From Bacteroidales bacterium (GTDB lineage: Bacteria > Bacteroidota > Bacteroidia > Bacteroidales > Marinilabiliaceae), in assembly GCA_017539645.1 (NCBI GenBank), contig JAFYCM010000001.1, forward strand, positions 23,342 to 87,341: a stretch of DNA of 64,000 nucleotides, written 5' to 3'. Position 1 is the stretch's first letter. Every line of letters starts with the position of its first letter. This document shows positions 54,130 through 63,965 of the stretch, piece by piece. The translations under genes and the position numbers were made by a program. A model generated the notes under the pieces. That model saw only the letters and a list, made by a program, of their open reading frames with translations. It was not told the DNA's origin and did no database searches.

Positions 54130-54281
54130 TGTTCAAAATTTATGGTAAGTATATTTACTAAGTTTTCTTTTAGTTCTTTGGCGACGTGCAAATAATGCTA
54201 ACTTTGCTCCGTTTAATGCGCATATATTATAAATATTTAGATATAAAAGTTTTAGAAACTCATTTATCAATTTTTTGAAAC

Positions 54282-55847
54282 ATGGAAAGAATGACACCAG
54301 GAAATGGCGATGAAGAACAGCGCAATTTCCAGAGCCGTGAAGACTCAGAATCAGCAGAGAACCGCCGCGAAGGCGACTCGGAAGGACAGCAAGAATCGCG
54401 CTATGGACGCTACAATAGCGAAAGTGGTGAACGTCAGCAACGTCCGAGAATAAGTACCTACAATAGTAGTTATCAGCGCAGACCAAGTTACAATCGTGAT
54501 GGTGGCCAATGGAATCAGAGCCGTCCGTCGTATGGTAGCAGCCGTCCGCAATACGGTAGCTCACGCAGCGAGAATGGCGATGCAGAAGGAAATGGCTACG
54601 CACCGCGTTATCAGAGTGCAGGACAACGTCCTCGCTTCAATCGTTATCAGAGTAACGATGGCCAACAGCAATCACGTTATGGTTCGGACCAATATGGTGA
54701 ACGTCGTCAGAACGATGGCGAGCGTCCTTCATATAGCCGCGAAGATGGCGATGGTCAGATGCGTCCACAGCGCCCACGCTTCAACCAGGGCTATGGCAAC
54801 AACAATGGCTATGGCGAGCGTCCGCAACGTCCACGCTTCAACCAGAACAATGGTCGCTATGGCAATAATAGCTACGGCAACAACAATCAGGGCGGCTATC
54901 AGCAGCGTCCTCGATACAATAATAACAACAACCGTAATGGTGGCTATCAGCAAGGTGGTCAGCGTCAGCGCTTCAATGGCAATGGCGGCGGCAACAACCG
55001 TTTCGGCGGTAACCAGCAGCATGGCAAAAAACAGCAACCGCGTCAGCAGAAAGTTGCTATGGATGCCAACCTCTTCCTTGAACCAGAGCAGCTCTCGCCA
55101 GAAGTACAGGCTTCTGCACCACAGCCATCTACCAAGATGCGCTTGAACCGCTTCATCTCTATCTCGGGCGTTTGCTCGCGTCGTGAAGCTGATGAACTCA
55201 TCAAACGTGGCGACATCAAGGTCAATGGCAAAGTAATTACCGAAATGGGCGTTACGCTCAACAAAGGTGATGTTGTTGAATATGAAGGCCGCGTACTCAA
55301 GGCTGAGAAGAAAGTTTACGTACTCCTCAACAAACCCAAAGATACCGTAACTACTATGGACGATCCAGAAGAGCGTCACACAGTTATGGACTTGGTAGAA
55401 GATGCAGGCGAAGAGCGTATCTATCCAGTTGGTCGCCTCGACCGCAATACCACTGGTGTTCTGCTTCTTACCAACGACGGCGAGTTGGCTGAGAAACTTA
55501 CTCACCCACGCTACGAGGTTCGCAAGATTTATCACGTATATCTCGATAGAAACGTTGAAGAGCGCGACATGCAGCAGATGCTTTATGGCATTATGCTCGA
55601 AGATGGTCCAATCCGCGTAGACGATGTTCGTTACGTCGATCCTAACGACCGTAAGCAAGTTGGCGTGCAGATTCACTCAGGTCGCAACCGCATTGTTCGC
55701 CGCATATTCGAGTCGCTTGGTTATACTGTAGAGAAACTCGACCGAGTTTACTTCGCAGGTCTCACCAAGTTGAACTTGCCACGCGGACGTTGGCGCTACT
55801 TGAACGACACCGAGATTACGAAGCTCAAAGCCGGATTTTTCAAATAA
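54282..55847 (+). CDS. rluB: RluB/RsuA-family 23S rRNA pseudouridine synthase with a ~270-aa disordered R/G/Q/N-rich N-terminal extension
   Basis: S4 domain MRLNRFISISGVCSRREADELIKRGDIKVNGK. Catalytic VGRLDRNTTGVLLLTNDG. The N-terminus carries repeated (Q)RPRFN(Q/R) and GYGNNN units. Confidence 0.88.
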   Translation: MERMTPGNGDEEQRNFQSREDSESAENRREGDSEGQQESRYGRYNSESGERQQRPRISTYNSSYQRRPSYNRDGGQWNQSRPSYGSSRPQYGSSRSENGDAEGNGYAPRYQSAGQRPRFNRYQSNDGQQQSRYGSDQYGERRQNDGERPSYSREDGDGQMRPQRPRFNQGYGNNNGYGERPQRPRFNQNNGRYGNNSYGNNNQGGYQQRPRYNNNNNRNGGYQQGGQRQRFNGNGGGNNRFGGNQQHGKKQQPRQQKVAMDANLFLEPEQLSPEVQASAPQPSTKMRLNRFISISGVCSRREADELIKRGDIKVNGKVITEMGVTLNKGDVVEYEGRVLKAEKKVYVLLNKPKDTVTTMDDPEERHTVMDLVEDAGEERIYPVGRLDRNTTGVLLLTNDGELAEKLTHPRYEVRKIYHVYLDRNVEERDMQQMLYGIMLEDGPIRVDDVRYVDPNDRKQVGVQIHSGRNRIVRRIFESLGYTVEKLDRVYFAGLTKLNLPRGRWRYLNDTEITKLKAGFFK

Positions 55848-55863
55848 GAATCTGGAATAGCCA

Positions 55864-56682
55864 ATGGCAATAAAACTTATTGCGCTCGACCTTGATGGCA
55901 CGTTGACCGATTCGCAGAAGAAAATTCCTGCTGCCAACAAACAATCGCTCATCGATGCCCAGAATCGAGGCATAAAAGTGGTGCTTGCTTCGGGCCGACC
56001 TACATACGGCATTCGTCATTTAGCCGACGAACTTATGCTTAGTAATTATGGTGGCTATATACTTGCATATAATGGTGGCTACATCATTGATTGTAAGAAT
56101 AATACGCCAATTTCTAAGATGTACATAAGTAGCGAGATGCTTGGCGAACTTACCGACGCGGCTAACGAATTGGGCGTAGCTATCATTACTTACGATGATG
56201 AGCGCGACACAATACTTAGTGCAGTGGAGGGCAACAAGTGGGTAGAACACGAAGCGTGGCTCAACAACAACATGACGTTGAAGATTGTGTCTACGCAAGA
56301 GTTTGTCTCTTCTGCGCCGGCGCAACTGCCGAAATGCTTGATGGTTGGCGAGCCTGACCTTATGGCGAAAGTGGAGCCGCAGATTCAAAAGCGCTTCCCA
56401 CAATTGGACGTCTATCGATCGTCGCCATTCTTTTTGGAGATTGTTCCGAAAGGAATCGACAAGGCCGCATCGCTCGATATGCTTGGCAGACAGATTGGTG
56501 TCTCTGCCGCCGAAATGGCAGCCTTTGGCGATGGCTATAACGACATAAGTATGGTGAAATATGCTGGTTTAGGCGTGGCTATGCAGAATGGCTGCGACGA
56601 AATAAAAGCTATAGCAGACTACATTTCACTAACTAATGACGAATGTGGCGTTGCTCATGCTATTGAGGCTTTGAAAATTTAG
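55864..56682 (+). CDS. Cof-type HAD-IIB family hydrolase
   Basis: IALDLDGTL, ASGRP, and AFGDGYNDISM motifs. Confidence 0.9.
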   Translation: MAIKLIALDLDGTLTDSQKKIPAANKQSLIDAQNRGIKVVLASGRPTYGIRHLADELMLSNYGGYILAYNGGYIIDCKNNTPISKMYISSEMLGELTDAANELGVAIITYDDERDTILSAVEGNKWVEHEAWLNNNMTLKIVSTQEFVSSAPAQLPKCLMVGEPDLMAKVEPQIQKRFPQLDVYRSSPFFLEIVPKGIDKAASLDMLGRQIGVSAAEMAAFGDGYNDISMVKYAGLGVAMQNGCDEIKAIADYISLTNDECGVAHAIEALKI

Positions 56683-56745
56683 TACAATATGTAATTAGCA
56701 TGGAAAACTCGATGTTTGCGCATTGGGTTTTCCTCTTTTTTATAA

Positions 56746-58035
56746 GTGGTTAGTTTGCAATTAGATAAGAAAATAGCACGGAACGCCTTTTGGCTCTATT
56801 TACGCATGGGCATGGCAATGCTCACGGCGCTCTTCGTCAGCCGAATAGTTATAGACAAACTTGGTGCTGCCGACTATGGTACGTATTCGGTTGTCATTGG
56901 TGCGGTGGCGATACTTGGTTTTGTAAATCGTCCGTTGACCTACTCGGCACAACGATTCTTAGCCGTAAGCATCGATAAAATCGACATTCAACGTCGGCTG
57001 TTTTCGAATCTCCTTGCCGTCCATTTGCTATTTGCCGCGGTTGTTGCCGTGCTGGCGTGGGGTGTGGCTTATGCACTATCGCTGAACTGCTTGCAACTTT
57101 CGGTGGACGATGCACAGATAGTCATGTTGCTCGTCACTGCGGCGGTCATCACCATATTTATAGAGATAGCAACATCGCCGTATCTATCGCTCATCTGTGT
57201 GCACGAAAAGATGGAATCGCTTGCTGCAGTGCAGATTGTGGAAGTGGTGGTGCAAATTGCCATCGCCGTAGCTGTGACTATAGCCACCGAAAATCGTTTG
57301 CTTATTTATGCTGCCATGCAATGCTTCGCACGCCTTGTACAGCGAGCGTTGTACATATATATATGTATGCATAGGTATGCCGAATCGCACACAGCGCCGC
57401 ATTTCGATAGTGCCGAGACGAAAAATATCTTGCACCTCTCGATGTGGAATATGGTTGGCGCAGCGGGGCAAATCTCAATTGTGCAAGGCTTGAACTTGAT
57501 GCTCAACGTGCATTTTGGTGCGTTGGCAAATGCCGCTCGCTCTATAGCTATGCAAGTGCAGAGTACGGCGCTGGAGTTCTCGCAAAACTTCTTGCAAGCC
57601 CTTTCGCCACGCTTGATGCGCACAGTGGCAACGACAAATAATGCTTGGACGAAAACCAAAACATCTACATTCTTTATGCTCTGCATCTCGTCCATTGTGG
57701 CGCTGCCAATAATTATTTGGACGGACGAGATACTCGGCTTCTGGCTGAAAGAAGTGCCCGCGTTATCTGCTGACTTTGTGCGACTTATACTTATAAGTAT
57801 GGTGTTTGAATCGGCATCAGAAGTGCTGCAAACTTCGGCTTTGGCAATTGGCAAGCTGCGTTGGTTTCAACTGACAACAATCTTTGGCGCTGCGGTGACG
57901 TTAATCTTGGCGTATATGCTTGTGAAAGACGAGTTTGTGCCGCAGAGCCTATTTATGGTGCAAGCTGCCGTAAGTTTAGTTGTGTTTGTGGCTAAAGCGC
58001 TCATAGTTAGGCAAATAGTGAAAGCGTTTGCTTGA
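56746..58035 (+). CDS. Polysaccharide/oligosaccharide flippase (Wzx/MOP superfamily)
   Basis: About 12 TM helices. The N-terminus NAFWLYLRMGMAMLTALFVSRIVIDKLGAADYGTYSVV is typical of PST-family flippases. GTG start in the track. Confidence 0.75.
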   Translation: MVSLQLDKKIARNAFWLYLRMGMAMLTALFVSRIVIDKLGAADYGTYSVVIGAVAILGFVNRPLTYSAQRFLAVSIDKIDIQRRLFSNLLAVHLLFAAVVAVLAWGVAYALSLNCLQLSVDDAQIVMLLVTAAVITIFIEIATSPYLSLICVHEKMESLAAVQIVEVVVQIAIAVAVTIATENRLLIYAAMQCFARLVQRALYIYICMHRYAESHTAPHFDSAETKNILHLSMWNMVGAAGQISIVQGLNLMLNVHFGALANAARSIAMQVQSTALEFSQNFLQALSPRLMRTVATTNNAWTKTKTSTFFMLCISSIVALPIIIWTDEILGFWLKEVPALSADFVRLILISMVFESASEVLQTSALAIGKLRWFQLTTIFGAAVTLILAYMLVKDEFVPQSLFMVQAAVSLVVFVAKALIVRQIVKAFA

Positions 58036-58060
58036 CAATTTTGAATAGAACGTAGATACA

Positions 58061-58969
58061 ATGCAAAAGGTAATCGGCATAGGCGAAACGGTTTTCGATA
58101 TAATTTTCGATACCAACAACCGACCTCGTAGTGCGCAGCCAGGTGGCTCGGTTTTCAATGCGCTAATATCACTTGCTCGAAGCGGAGTGCATACTGAGTT
58201 TATCAGCGAAGTGGGCAACGACCATGTGGGCATGATTATCCGCGATTTTATGCATGAGAATGGTGTCGACGATTCGGCTGTATGTACGTTCCCGAATGGC
58301 AAAAGTCCGCTTGCGTTAGCTTTCCTCGATGCCGATAGTAACGCGCAATACACGTTTTATAAGGATTATCCGGCGCAGCGTCTGCAAATTGAGTTGCCCG
58401 AGATGACCAGCGACGACATCTTTTTGATGGGGTCATATTTTGTGATTAACCCTGTGTTGCGTCGGCGCACGAAAGAGATTATAGCAGAAGCTCGTAAGCA
58501 TAACATGCTGATTTACTACGATATAAACTTTCGCGCTAACCATGTTGATGAGCGCAAAGAGTTGATGCCGTCGATAATAGAGAATTTTCAGTCGGCCGAC
58601 ATAGTAAAAGGTTCTGATGAGGATTTCCGCCTACTATTTGGCTCGGCAGATTGGCAGGCTATCTATCGTAGCGAAATTATGCCGCATTGCCCAATATGTA
58701 TATGTACGCAAGGTGCTGCAGGCGTGGATATTATGTTTCCCAATGACCAGATCCACGTTGATGCAAAGAAGATTACGCCAGTTAGTACCGTTGGTGCCGG
58801 CGATAGTTTCAATGCAGGTTTCCTTTACGGTCTGACGCTACATAACTATACGCACAAAAATATTGAAGAAGCTCATTATGAGCCTATTATCGGCTCTGTT
58901 CGTCATGGAGTGGAATTCTCTGCCGAAGTTTGCTTGTCGCTCGAGAATTATATTGCGAAGCGAATTTGA
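58061..58969 (+). CDS. PfkB family carbohydrate kinase (fructokinase-like)
   Basis: N-terminal GGSVFNA motif and C-terminal STVGAGDSFNAGFLYG (PfkB signature 2). Confidence 0.88.
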   Translation: MQKVIGIGETVFDIIFDTNNRPRSAQPGGSVFNALISLARSGVHTEFISEVGNDHVGMIIRDFMHENGVDDSAVCTFPNGKSPLALAFLDADSNAQYTFYKDYPAQRLQIELPEMTSDDIFLMGSYFVINPVLRRRTKEIIAEARKHNMLIYYDINFRANHVDERKELMPSIIENFQSADIVKGSDEDFRLLFGSADWQAIYRSEIMPHCPICICTQGAAGVDIMFPNDQIHVDAKKITPVSTVGAGDSFNAGFLYGLTLHNYTHKNIEEAHYEPIIGSVRHGVEFSAEVCLSLENYIAKRI

Positions 58970-58990
58970 GAAGACTTATTTGCTTGATAT

Positions 58991-59614
58991 TTAGAGCGTA
59001 AAACTCAAAATTTCTTTTTGTAGCAGATCTAAGAAACGGGCTGCGTGCCCGCCGTCCATCTGTACGTGGTGGAATTGGAACGAAATGGGGAGCGTGGTTT
59101 TGAATAGTCCCTTGCGATACTTGCCCCACATCACCATCGGGTTGGCAAATTTGTCGGTGTACTGATTGACGATGCAGTCGAGTTCGGTTTGAATCATTGC
59201 CGACGTGCCTATAATCATTCTATCTTCTATAAATATACTTTGCGATTCGGCTGCGGCTTTTGATGTAAGTATTTTATAATCAGTATTGAATTGCTGAAAG
59301 TTGTCATCAAAAGGTATGTCGCACGAGCTGATGCCACCGTTGCAATTCTCCACTATTACGTTGATAGCCAATAGGTCGAAGTGGTATAATTTGCCATTTT
59401 CTGGCAACGTGTAAAACTCGTCGATATGCTTTGCGGCCTTGCATATACAATAGCACATAAGCATATTGAACTTTAGACCGCGTTTGCGAGCCACGCGCAC
59501 CAACCGACTAACATTCAGCGTCTTTACCAACGTTACCATCGGCATTGGCGACGTCATCCATAGTTCAAAAGCTGCGCGGCGGCTGCTGTTCTCTGGTGAA
59601 ACTTCTGTTTTCAA
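58991..59614 (-). CDS. CatA-like O-acetyltransferase (chloramphenicol acetyltransferase fold)
   Basis: C-terminal catalytic motif ISFQFHHVQMDGGHAARF, compared with CAT HHAVCDG[FY]H. 207 aa. Confidence 0.8.
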   Translation of the reverse strand: MKTEVSPENSSRRAAFELWMTSPMPMVTLVKTLNVSRLVRVARKRGLKFNMLMCYCICKAAKHIDEFYTLPENGKLYHFDLLAINVIVENCNGGISSCDIPFDDNFQQFNTDYKILTSKAAAESQSIFIEDRMIIGTSAMIQTELDCIVNQYTDKFANPMVMWGKYRKGLFKTTLPISFQFHHVQMDGGHAARFLDLLQKEILSFTL

Positions 59615-59640
59615 TCAATATCTATAAATATTTATGAGAT

Positions 59641-59690
59641 ACGAGTTACGAATTACGAGACCTTGCTGGCGTTACAATTCGTAACTCGTA
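59641..59690 (-). terminator. 14-bp perfect inverted repeat just downstream of the rnr stop (likely terminator/REP-type hairpin)
   Basis: acgagttacgaatt (59641-59654) pairs with aattcgtaactcgt (59677-59690), with a 22-nt loop. It belongs to the CGTAA-rich repeat family seen elsewhere in the window. Confidence 0.55.
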
Positions 59691-59697
59691 ATTATGC

Positions 59698-62040
59698 TTA
59701 ACGTCTCTTCTTTCCGTTCTTGCCGTGCTTCTTCTTAGCGGCATTTTTCAGAACTTTCTTAGGCGGTATGCCGTTGGCTTTCTGCTTGCGGCGGCTCACC
59801 TCTTCGGCTGCGCGTGCAATCTTGTTCTCCTTGCTGCGAGCCGTCTGTCGTTCGCGGTCGGTTACAGGCATGTCGGCAGGCACGTAGTCGAGTTGCTTCT
59901 TCTCGAGGTTGGCAGCGGCAATACGTATGCGAATAGGGTCACCAAGTTGGAACTTGCGGCCGGTGTTCTGTCCGCGCACGCAGTAGTTATCCTCGTCGAA
60001 GTAGTAGCTGTCGTCGGTGAGGTCGCGCATAGAAATCATGCCTTCGCATTTGTTTTCGATAATCTCGGCATAAACGCCCCACTCCGTAACGCCCGAAATA
60101 GTGGCATCGAACTCCTCGCCAATCTTGTCCATAAGGAATTCCACCTGCTTATATTTTATCGACGAGCGTTCTGCTTCGGCAGCCATAATCTCTTGATCGC
60201 TACAGTGTTCGCACATCTCTTCGTACTTCTCCACGTTTGCCGAGCGGCCGCCGTCTAAGTAAGAGAATAGCAACCGGTGCACCATCATATCTGGATAGCG
60301 ACGGATAGGCGATGTGAAGTGCGTATAATAGTCGAACGCAAGTCCGTAGTGACCGATGTTGTGCGTAGTGTACTTAGCTTTCGCCATAGTACGTATGGCA
60401 AGCGTCTCCACGAGCTCTTGCTCGCCTTTGCCCTTCACTTGCGCCAAGATGCGATTTACGGCGTTGTTTATCTCTTCGCCTTTTTGCGGATTTGCCTCGT
60501 AGCCGAAGCGCGCCACAAACTGTGCAAATTTTGAATATTTCTCTTCGTTAGGTACGTCGTGCACACGATAGACGAAGGTCTTAGGCGTGCGTTTGCGACC
60601 CGTGGTGTTTAGTTCGTCGGCCCCAATGAATTGTGCCACTTTGCGGTTGGCAGCAAGCATAAACTCCTCCACAAGGTGGTTGGCATCCTTCGACTCTTTG
60701 AAGTAGACGCCCGTCGGCTTGCCTTGCTCATCAATATTGAAACGCACCTCAACGCGTTCGAACGAGATTGCACCTTCGTCGAAGCGGCGTTTGCGGAGCT
60801 TCTTGGCAAGCGAGTCGAGTTGCAGAACCTCCTCTTTGAAGTCGCCTTCGCCAGTCTCGATGATTGCTTGCGCCTCGTCGTAAGTAAAACGGCGGTTGCT
60901 CTTAATTACCGTGCGAGCTATGCGCGACGATTTTATGTTTGCCTCGTCGTCCATTTCGAATATTACGGAGCAAGTGAGTTTCTCCTCGTCTTGGCGTAGC
61001 GAACATAGGAAGTTCGACAGACGCTCTGGAAGCATAGGTACAACACGGTCTACAAGATATACTGATGTAGCGCGCTTGTAGCCCTCTTCGTCGATAGGCG
61101 TGCCTGGCGTGACGTAGTGCGTAACATCAGCAATATGTACGCCGACTTCCCAATTTTTATTTGGCAGACGACGAATTGAGAGCGCGTCATCGAAGTCTTT
61201 TGCATCGGTTGGGTCGATGGTGAATGTCACCACATCGCGCATATCTAAGCGCTTAGCAATCTCCGATGGTGTTATGCCCGGCTCAATCTTCTCGGCGAGT
61301 AGAGCTACATCTTCGGGGTATCCGTATGGCAAATCGTATTCGGCAAGTATGGCGTGCATCTCCGTTTGATTTTCGCCTGCGTTGCCAAGTACCTCGACAA
61401 TCTCGCCGATAGGATTCTTCGATTTTGCAGGCCACGACGTGATTTTTGCCACAGCCTTCTGTCCATCTTTGGCGCCACAAAGTCCGTCGGAAGGTATATA
61501 TATATCGTGACCGCCTGTCTGTTTCGGGTCGCACACGAGGAAGGCGATGTCGCGCACAATTTGCACTGTACCTACGAAGCGTTCGCGCTTACGTTCAAGC
61601 ACTTCCACCACCTCGCCCTCCGGCTGACGACCACGTTTACGAGCATAAATAAGCACCTTCACACGGTCGCCATGCAATGCGGTATGCAGGTTGTTTTGCG
61701 ATACAAAAATGTCGGGGTCGTCATTATCTTTTTTGCTATCGAGTATTATATACGCTGCGCCGCTGCGAGTCATATCTACTATGCCCTCCTGATGCGACGA
61801 TTCGCCATTGGTGCTGCCAACAGAGAATTTACCGGCGTTGCCTTCGGTAATAAGCTTATTAGCAGCGAGTTCGAAAAGTGTATCTTGAACAGCTTCGCGG
61901 TCTTTCTTGCTCTTCAGTCCGATGAGTTCGGTTACTTGTTTATAGTTGAACGCCTTGCCGATATTGTCGGTTAGCGCTTTCATTATCTGTGAGGTCAGTT
62001 TCTGTTTCTTCTCCTCTGGGTCTGTCTTTCTTTTGGCCAT
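59698..62040 (-). CDS. rnr: Ribonuclease R
   Basis: RNB domain FTIDPTDAKDFDDALS. Cold-shock-like N-terminal region, S1 domain (GVTEWGVYAEI) and a Lys/Arg-rich tail. Confidence 0.93.
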   Translation of the reverse strand: MAKRKTDPEEKKQKLTSQIMKALTDNIGKAFNYKQVTELIGLKSKKDREAVQDTLFELAANKLITEGNAGKFSVGSTNGESSHQEGIVDMTRSGAAYIILDSKKDNDDPDIFVSQNNLHTALHGDRVKVLIYARKRGRQPEGEVVEVLERKRERFVGTVQIVRDIAFLVCDPKQTGGHDIYIPSDGLCGAKDGQKAVAKITSWPAKSKNPIGEIVEVLGNAGENQTEMHAILAEYDLPYGYPEDVALLAEKIEPGITPSEIAKRLDMRDVVTFTIDPTDAKDFDDALSIRRLPNKNWEVGVHIADVTHYVTPGTPIDEEGYKRATSVYLVDRVVPMLPERLSNFLCSLRQDEEKLTCSVIFEMDDEANIKSSRIARTVIKSNRRFTYDEAQAIIETGEGDFKEEVLQLDSLAKKLRKRRFDEGAISFERVEVRFNIDEQGKPTGVYFKESKDANHLVEEFMLAANRKVAQFIGADELNTTGRKRTPKTFVYRVHDVPNEEKYSKFAQFVARFGYEANPQKGEEINNAVNRILAQVKGKGEQELVETLAIRTMAKAKYTTHNIGHYGLAFDYYTHFTSPIRRYPDMMVHRLLFSYLDGGRSANVEKYEEMCEHCSDQEIMAAEAERSSIKYKQVEFLMDKIGEEFDATISGVTEWGVYAEIIENKCEGMISMRDLTDDSYYFDEDNYCVRGQNTGRKFQLGDPIRIRIAAANLEKKQLDYVPADMPVTDRERQTARSKENKIARAAEEVSRRKQKANGIPPKKVLKNAAKKKHGKNGKKRR

Positions 62041-62111
62041 TATCGTATGTATTCTATTTACTATTCGCGAAAACGAAAGTACTTATAATTATGTCAAGTT
62101 TCGTAAGTATG

Positions 62112-62119
62112 CAAATTTA
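62112..62119 (-). promoter_or_regulatory. -7 promoter box for rnr
   Basis: The minus strand reads TAAATTTG, about 70 nt upstream of ATG 62040. Confidence 0.4.
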
Positions 62120-62120
62120 T

Positions 62121-62140
62121 GGTAACTACCGAAAGTTACC
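62121..62140 (-). terminator. Hairpin between the umuC stop and the rnr promoter
   Basis: ggtaact-accgaa-agttacc is a perfect 7-bp stem. The U-tract is weak. Confidence 0.4.
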
Positions 62141-62189
62141 GCATAGGAATGCAGATAGAATGAATTTGTGCAGGTAAATGTGTTAAACG

Positions 62190-63485
62190 TCAAACATGCA
62201 CATCAATAATATCGTTGAAGTTTGTAGTAAAGCATCGCGACATGTGCTCGCGGCGGAGATTATTGTTGAATATGGGCGTTTCTTTGGCTGGTTGCGCGTC
62301 GTCTGGCTGTTGCGACGCCAAGTGGACGGCATCGCGTCCGTTTTTACTATTTATCTTATCTATCACGGCCATAAGTCGGTCGTTGCGTGAGCGTTGTTCG
62401 CTGGCTGTGTCGAATATCGATGTCTGCACGGCATGGTTTGGTGAGATGCTGCTCAGCACTACGCCCGCTTTCTTGTAGCTGACACCTTTTTTATATATGC
62501 TATGCATAGCTGCGTTGGCGGCTCGCACTATTTCGGGCGTGTTCGATGCGGCTACATCGAGCATCACGGTGGCTGCGTTGGCATATTGCTCCATATCGTC
62601 GCGGAAACGATTCGACGACACGAATACCATCACCGACTGCGCCACGGATTGCTGCTGGCGGAGTTTTAGAGCACACTGAGCAGCAAAGTTCGATACGTGC
62701 GTGAGCAATTGCTCTTCGGTGGTGACCATCTCGGCAAACGAGCGCGATGTGCAGATGCTCTGTTTTGCATCGTGGTCTTCGGCTTTCACTACCGATATGC
62801 CGTTCAGCTCTTGCCATGTACGTATGCCATTTATGCCAAATTGGCGTTTCACTTGCAGTTCTTCGAGTTGTGCGTAATCGGCTGCAGTGACTATGCCCAT
62901 CGCCTTCAATCGTGGCAAACTGCGCCTGCCGATGCCCCACACATCTCCAATATCAATATGCTGAATGGCTTTCTGGCGCTTCGTGTCGTTGTCGATGAGG
63001 CAAGCGCCATGGTAGCCTTTCACCTTCTTGGCATATCTACAAGCAACCTTGGCCAAAGTCATTGTTGGTGCTACGCCTACGCTCACCGGTATTCCTGTGC
63101 ATTTCAGGATTTTAGCCGACAACTGAACGGCTCTGTCGTGCGAGAAATTAGCAAAACTATCTACCGCAAAAAAAGACTCGTCGATGGAGTAGGGGATAAT
63201 GTCGCCGACTTCGCTTGCCAGAAGCTGCATCACTCGGTGCGACATATCGGCATACAACGTATAGTTGGACGAGAACGGCGTGACACGCTTCTCGACGTCG
63301 AATTCGCGAAGACGGAAAAATGGCATTCCCATAGGTATGCCCATCTGTTTGGCCTCGTTGCTGCGCGACACCACGCACCCGTCGTTGTTCGATAGTACCA
63401 CAACGGGTTTTGTAGCGAGGTCGGGGCGAAAAACTCGCTCGCACGACACAAAGAAATTGTTGCAATCGACCAAACCGAACGGCAT
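62190..63485 (-). CDS. umuC: Y-family DNA polymerase (UmuC-like, Pol V catalytic subunit)
   Basis: MPFGLVDCNNFFVSCERVFRPDL...VVVLSNNDGCVVSRS, SIDESF, and little-finger region. Confidence 0.9.
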   Translation of the reverse strand: MPFGLVDCNNFFVSCERVFRPDLATKPVVVLSNNDGCVVSRSNEAKQMGIPMGMPFFRLREFDVEKRVTPFSSNYTLYADMSHRVMQLLASEVGDIIPYSIDESFFAVDSFANFSHDRAVQLSAKILKCTGIPVSVGVAPTMTLAKVACRYAKKVKGYHGACLIDNDTKRQKAIQHIDIGDVWGIGRRSLPRLKAMGIVTAADYAQLEELQVKRQFGINGIRTWQELNGISVVKAEDHDAKQSICTSRSFAEMVTTEEQLLTHVSNFAAQCALKLRQQQSVAQSVMVFVSSNRFRDDMEQYANAATVMLDVAASNTPEIVRAANAAMHSIYKKGVSYKKAGVVLSSISPNHAVQTSIFDTASEQRSRNDRLMAVIDKINSKNGRDAVHLASQQPDDAQPAKETPIFNNNLRREHMSRCFTTNFNDIIDVHV

Positions 63486-63488
63486 AGG

Positions 63489-63965
63489 CTACAAGTGTTT
63501 ACAGCGTTTTTTTATCGTATACGTAACTACGCCCCAAACCATAAACTGCGTTTCGGGTAGAACCTCAATGTCGGCATAATTATCGTTGGCGGCACAGAGA
63601 AATAGGCGTTTGCCTTTGTAGCGAATGAACTTTAGTGCAAATTCGCCATCAACGAAGCAAACAGCCATATCGCCATCGCGAGGCTCAAGTGCTTTGTCGA
63701 TGACCAAAATATCGCCAGAATCGATGCCTGCGTCGGTCATGGAGTCGCCCACAACACGCCCATAAAACGTGCTCGACGGATGTTTGACCAACTCGCGGTT
63801 CAAGTCGATACCATTTTCAATATAATCTTGCGCCGGGCTCGGAAACCCAGCGTGGATGCCCGCTCCAGCAAGACCAATCTGCATTTCGGTGGTCAAATCG
63901 GCGGCATGTAAATCTATCTGATTGTTGTTCTGCATTGCACGGTAAATATCGGATGATTTTATCAA
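63489..63965 (-). CDS. umuD: S24 LexA/UmuD-like autopeptidase
   Basis: FPSPAQDY, Ser nucleophile context VVGDSMTDAGI..GDILVID, and Lys in EFALKFIR. It is positioned 3 nt upstream of umuC. Confidence 0.88.
   Translation of the reverse strand: MIKSSDIYRAMQNNNQIDLHAADLTTEMQIGLAGAGIHAGFPSPAQDYIENGIDLNRELVKHPSSTFYGRVVGDSMTDAGIDSGDILVIDKALEPRDGDMAVCFVDGEFALKFIRYKGKRLFLCAANDNYADIEVLPETQFMVWGVVTYTIKKRCKHL

Noticed and set aside
54133-55676. ORFs 54133-54603 (-), 54496-55146 (+) and 54729-55676 (-)
   Set aside because: They are generated by the repetitive, compositionally biased DNA encoding the RluB N-terminal tail and by the antisense of its catalytic domain. The +1 frame 54282-55847 contains the S4 and pseudouridine synthase motifs.
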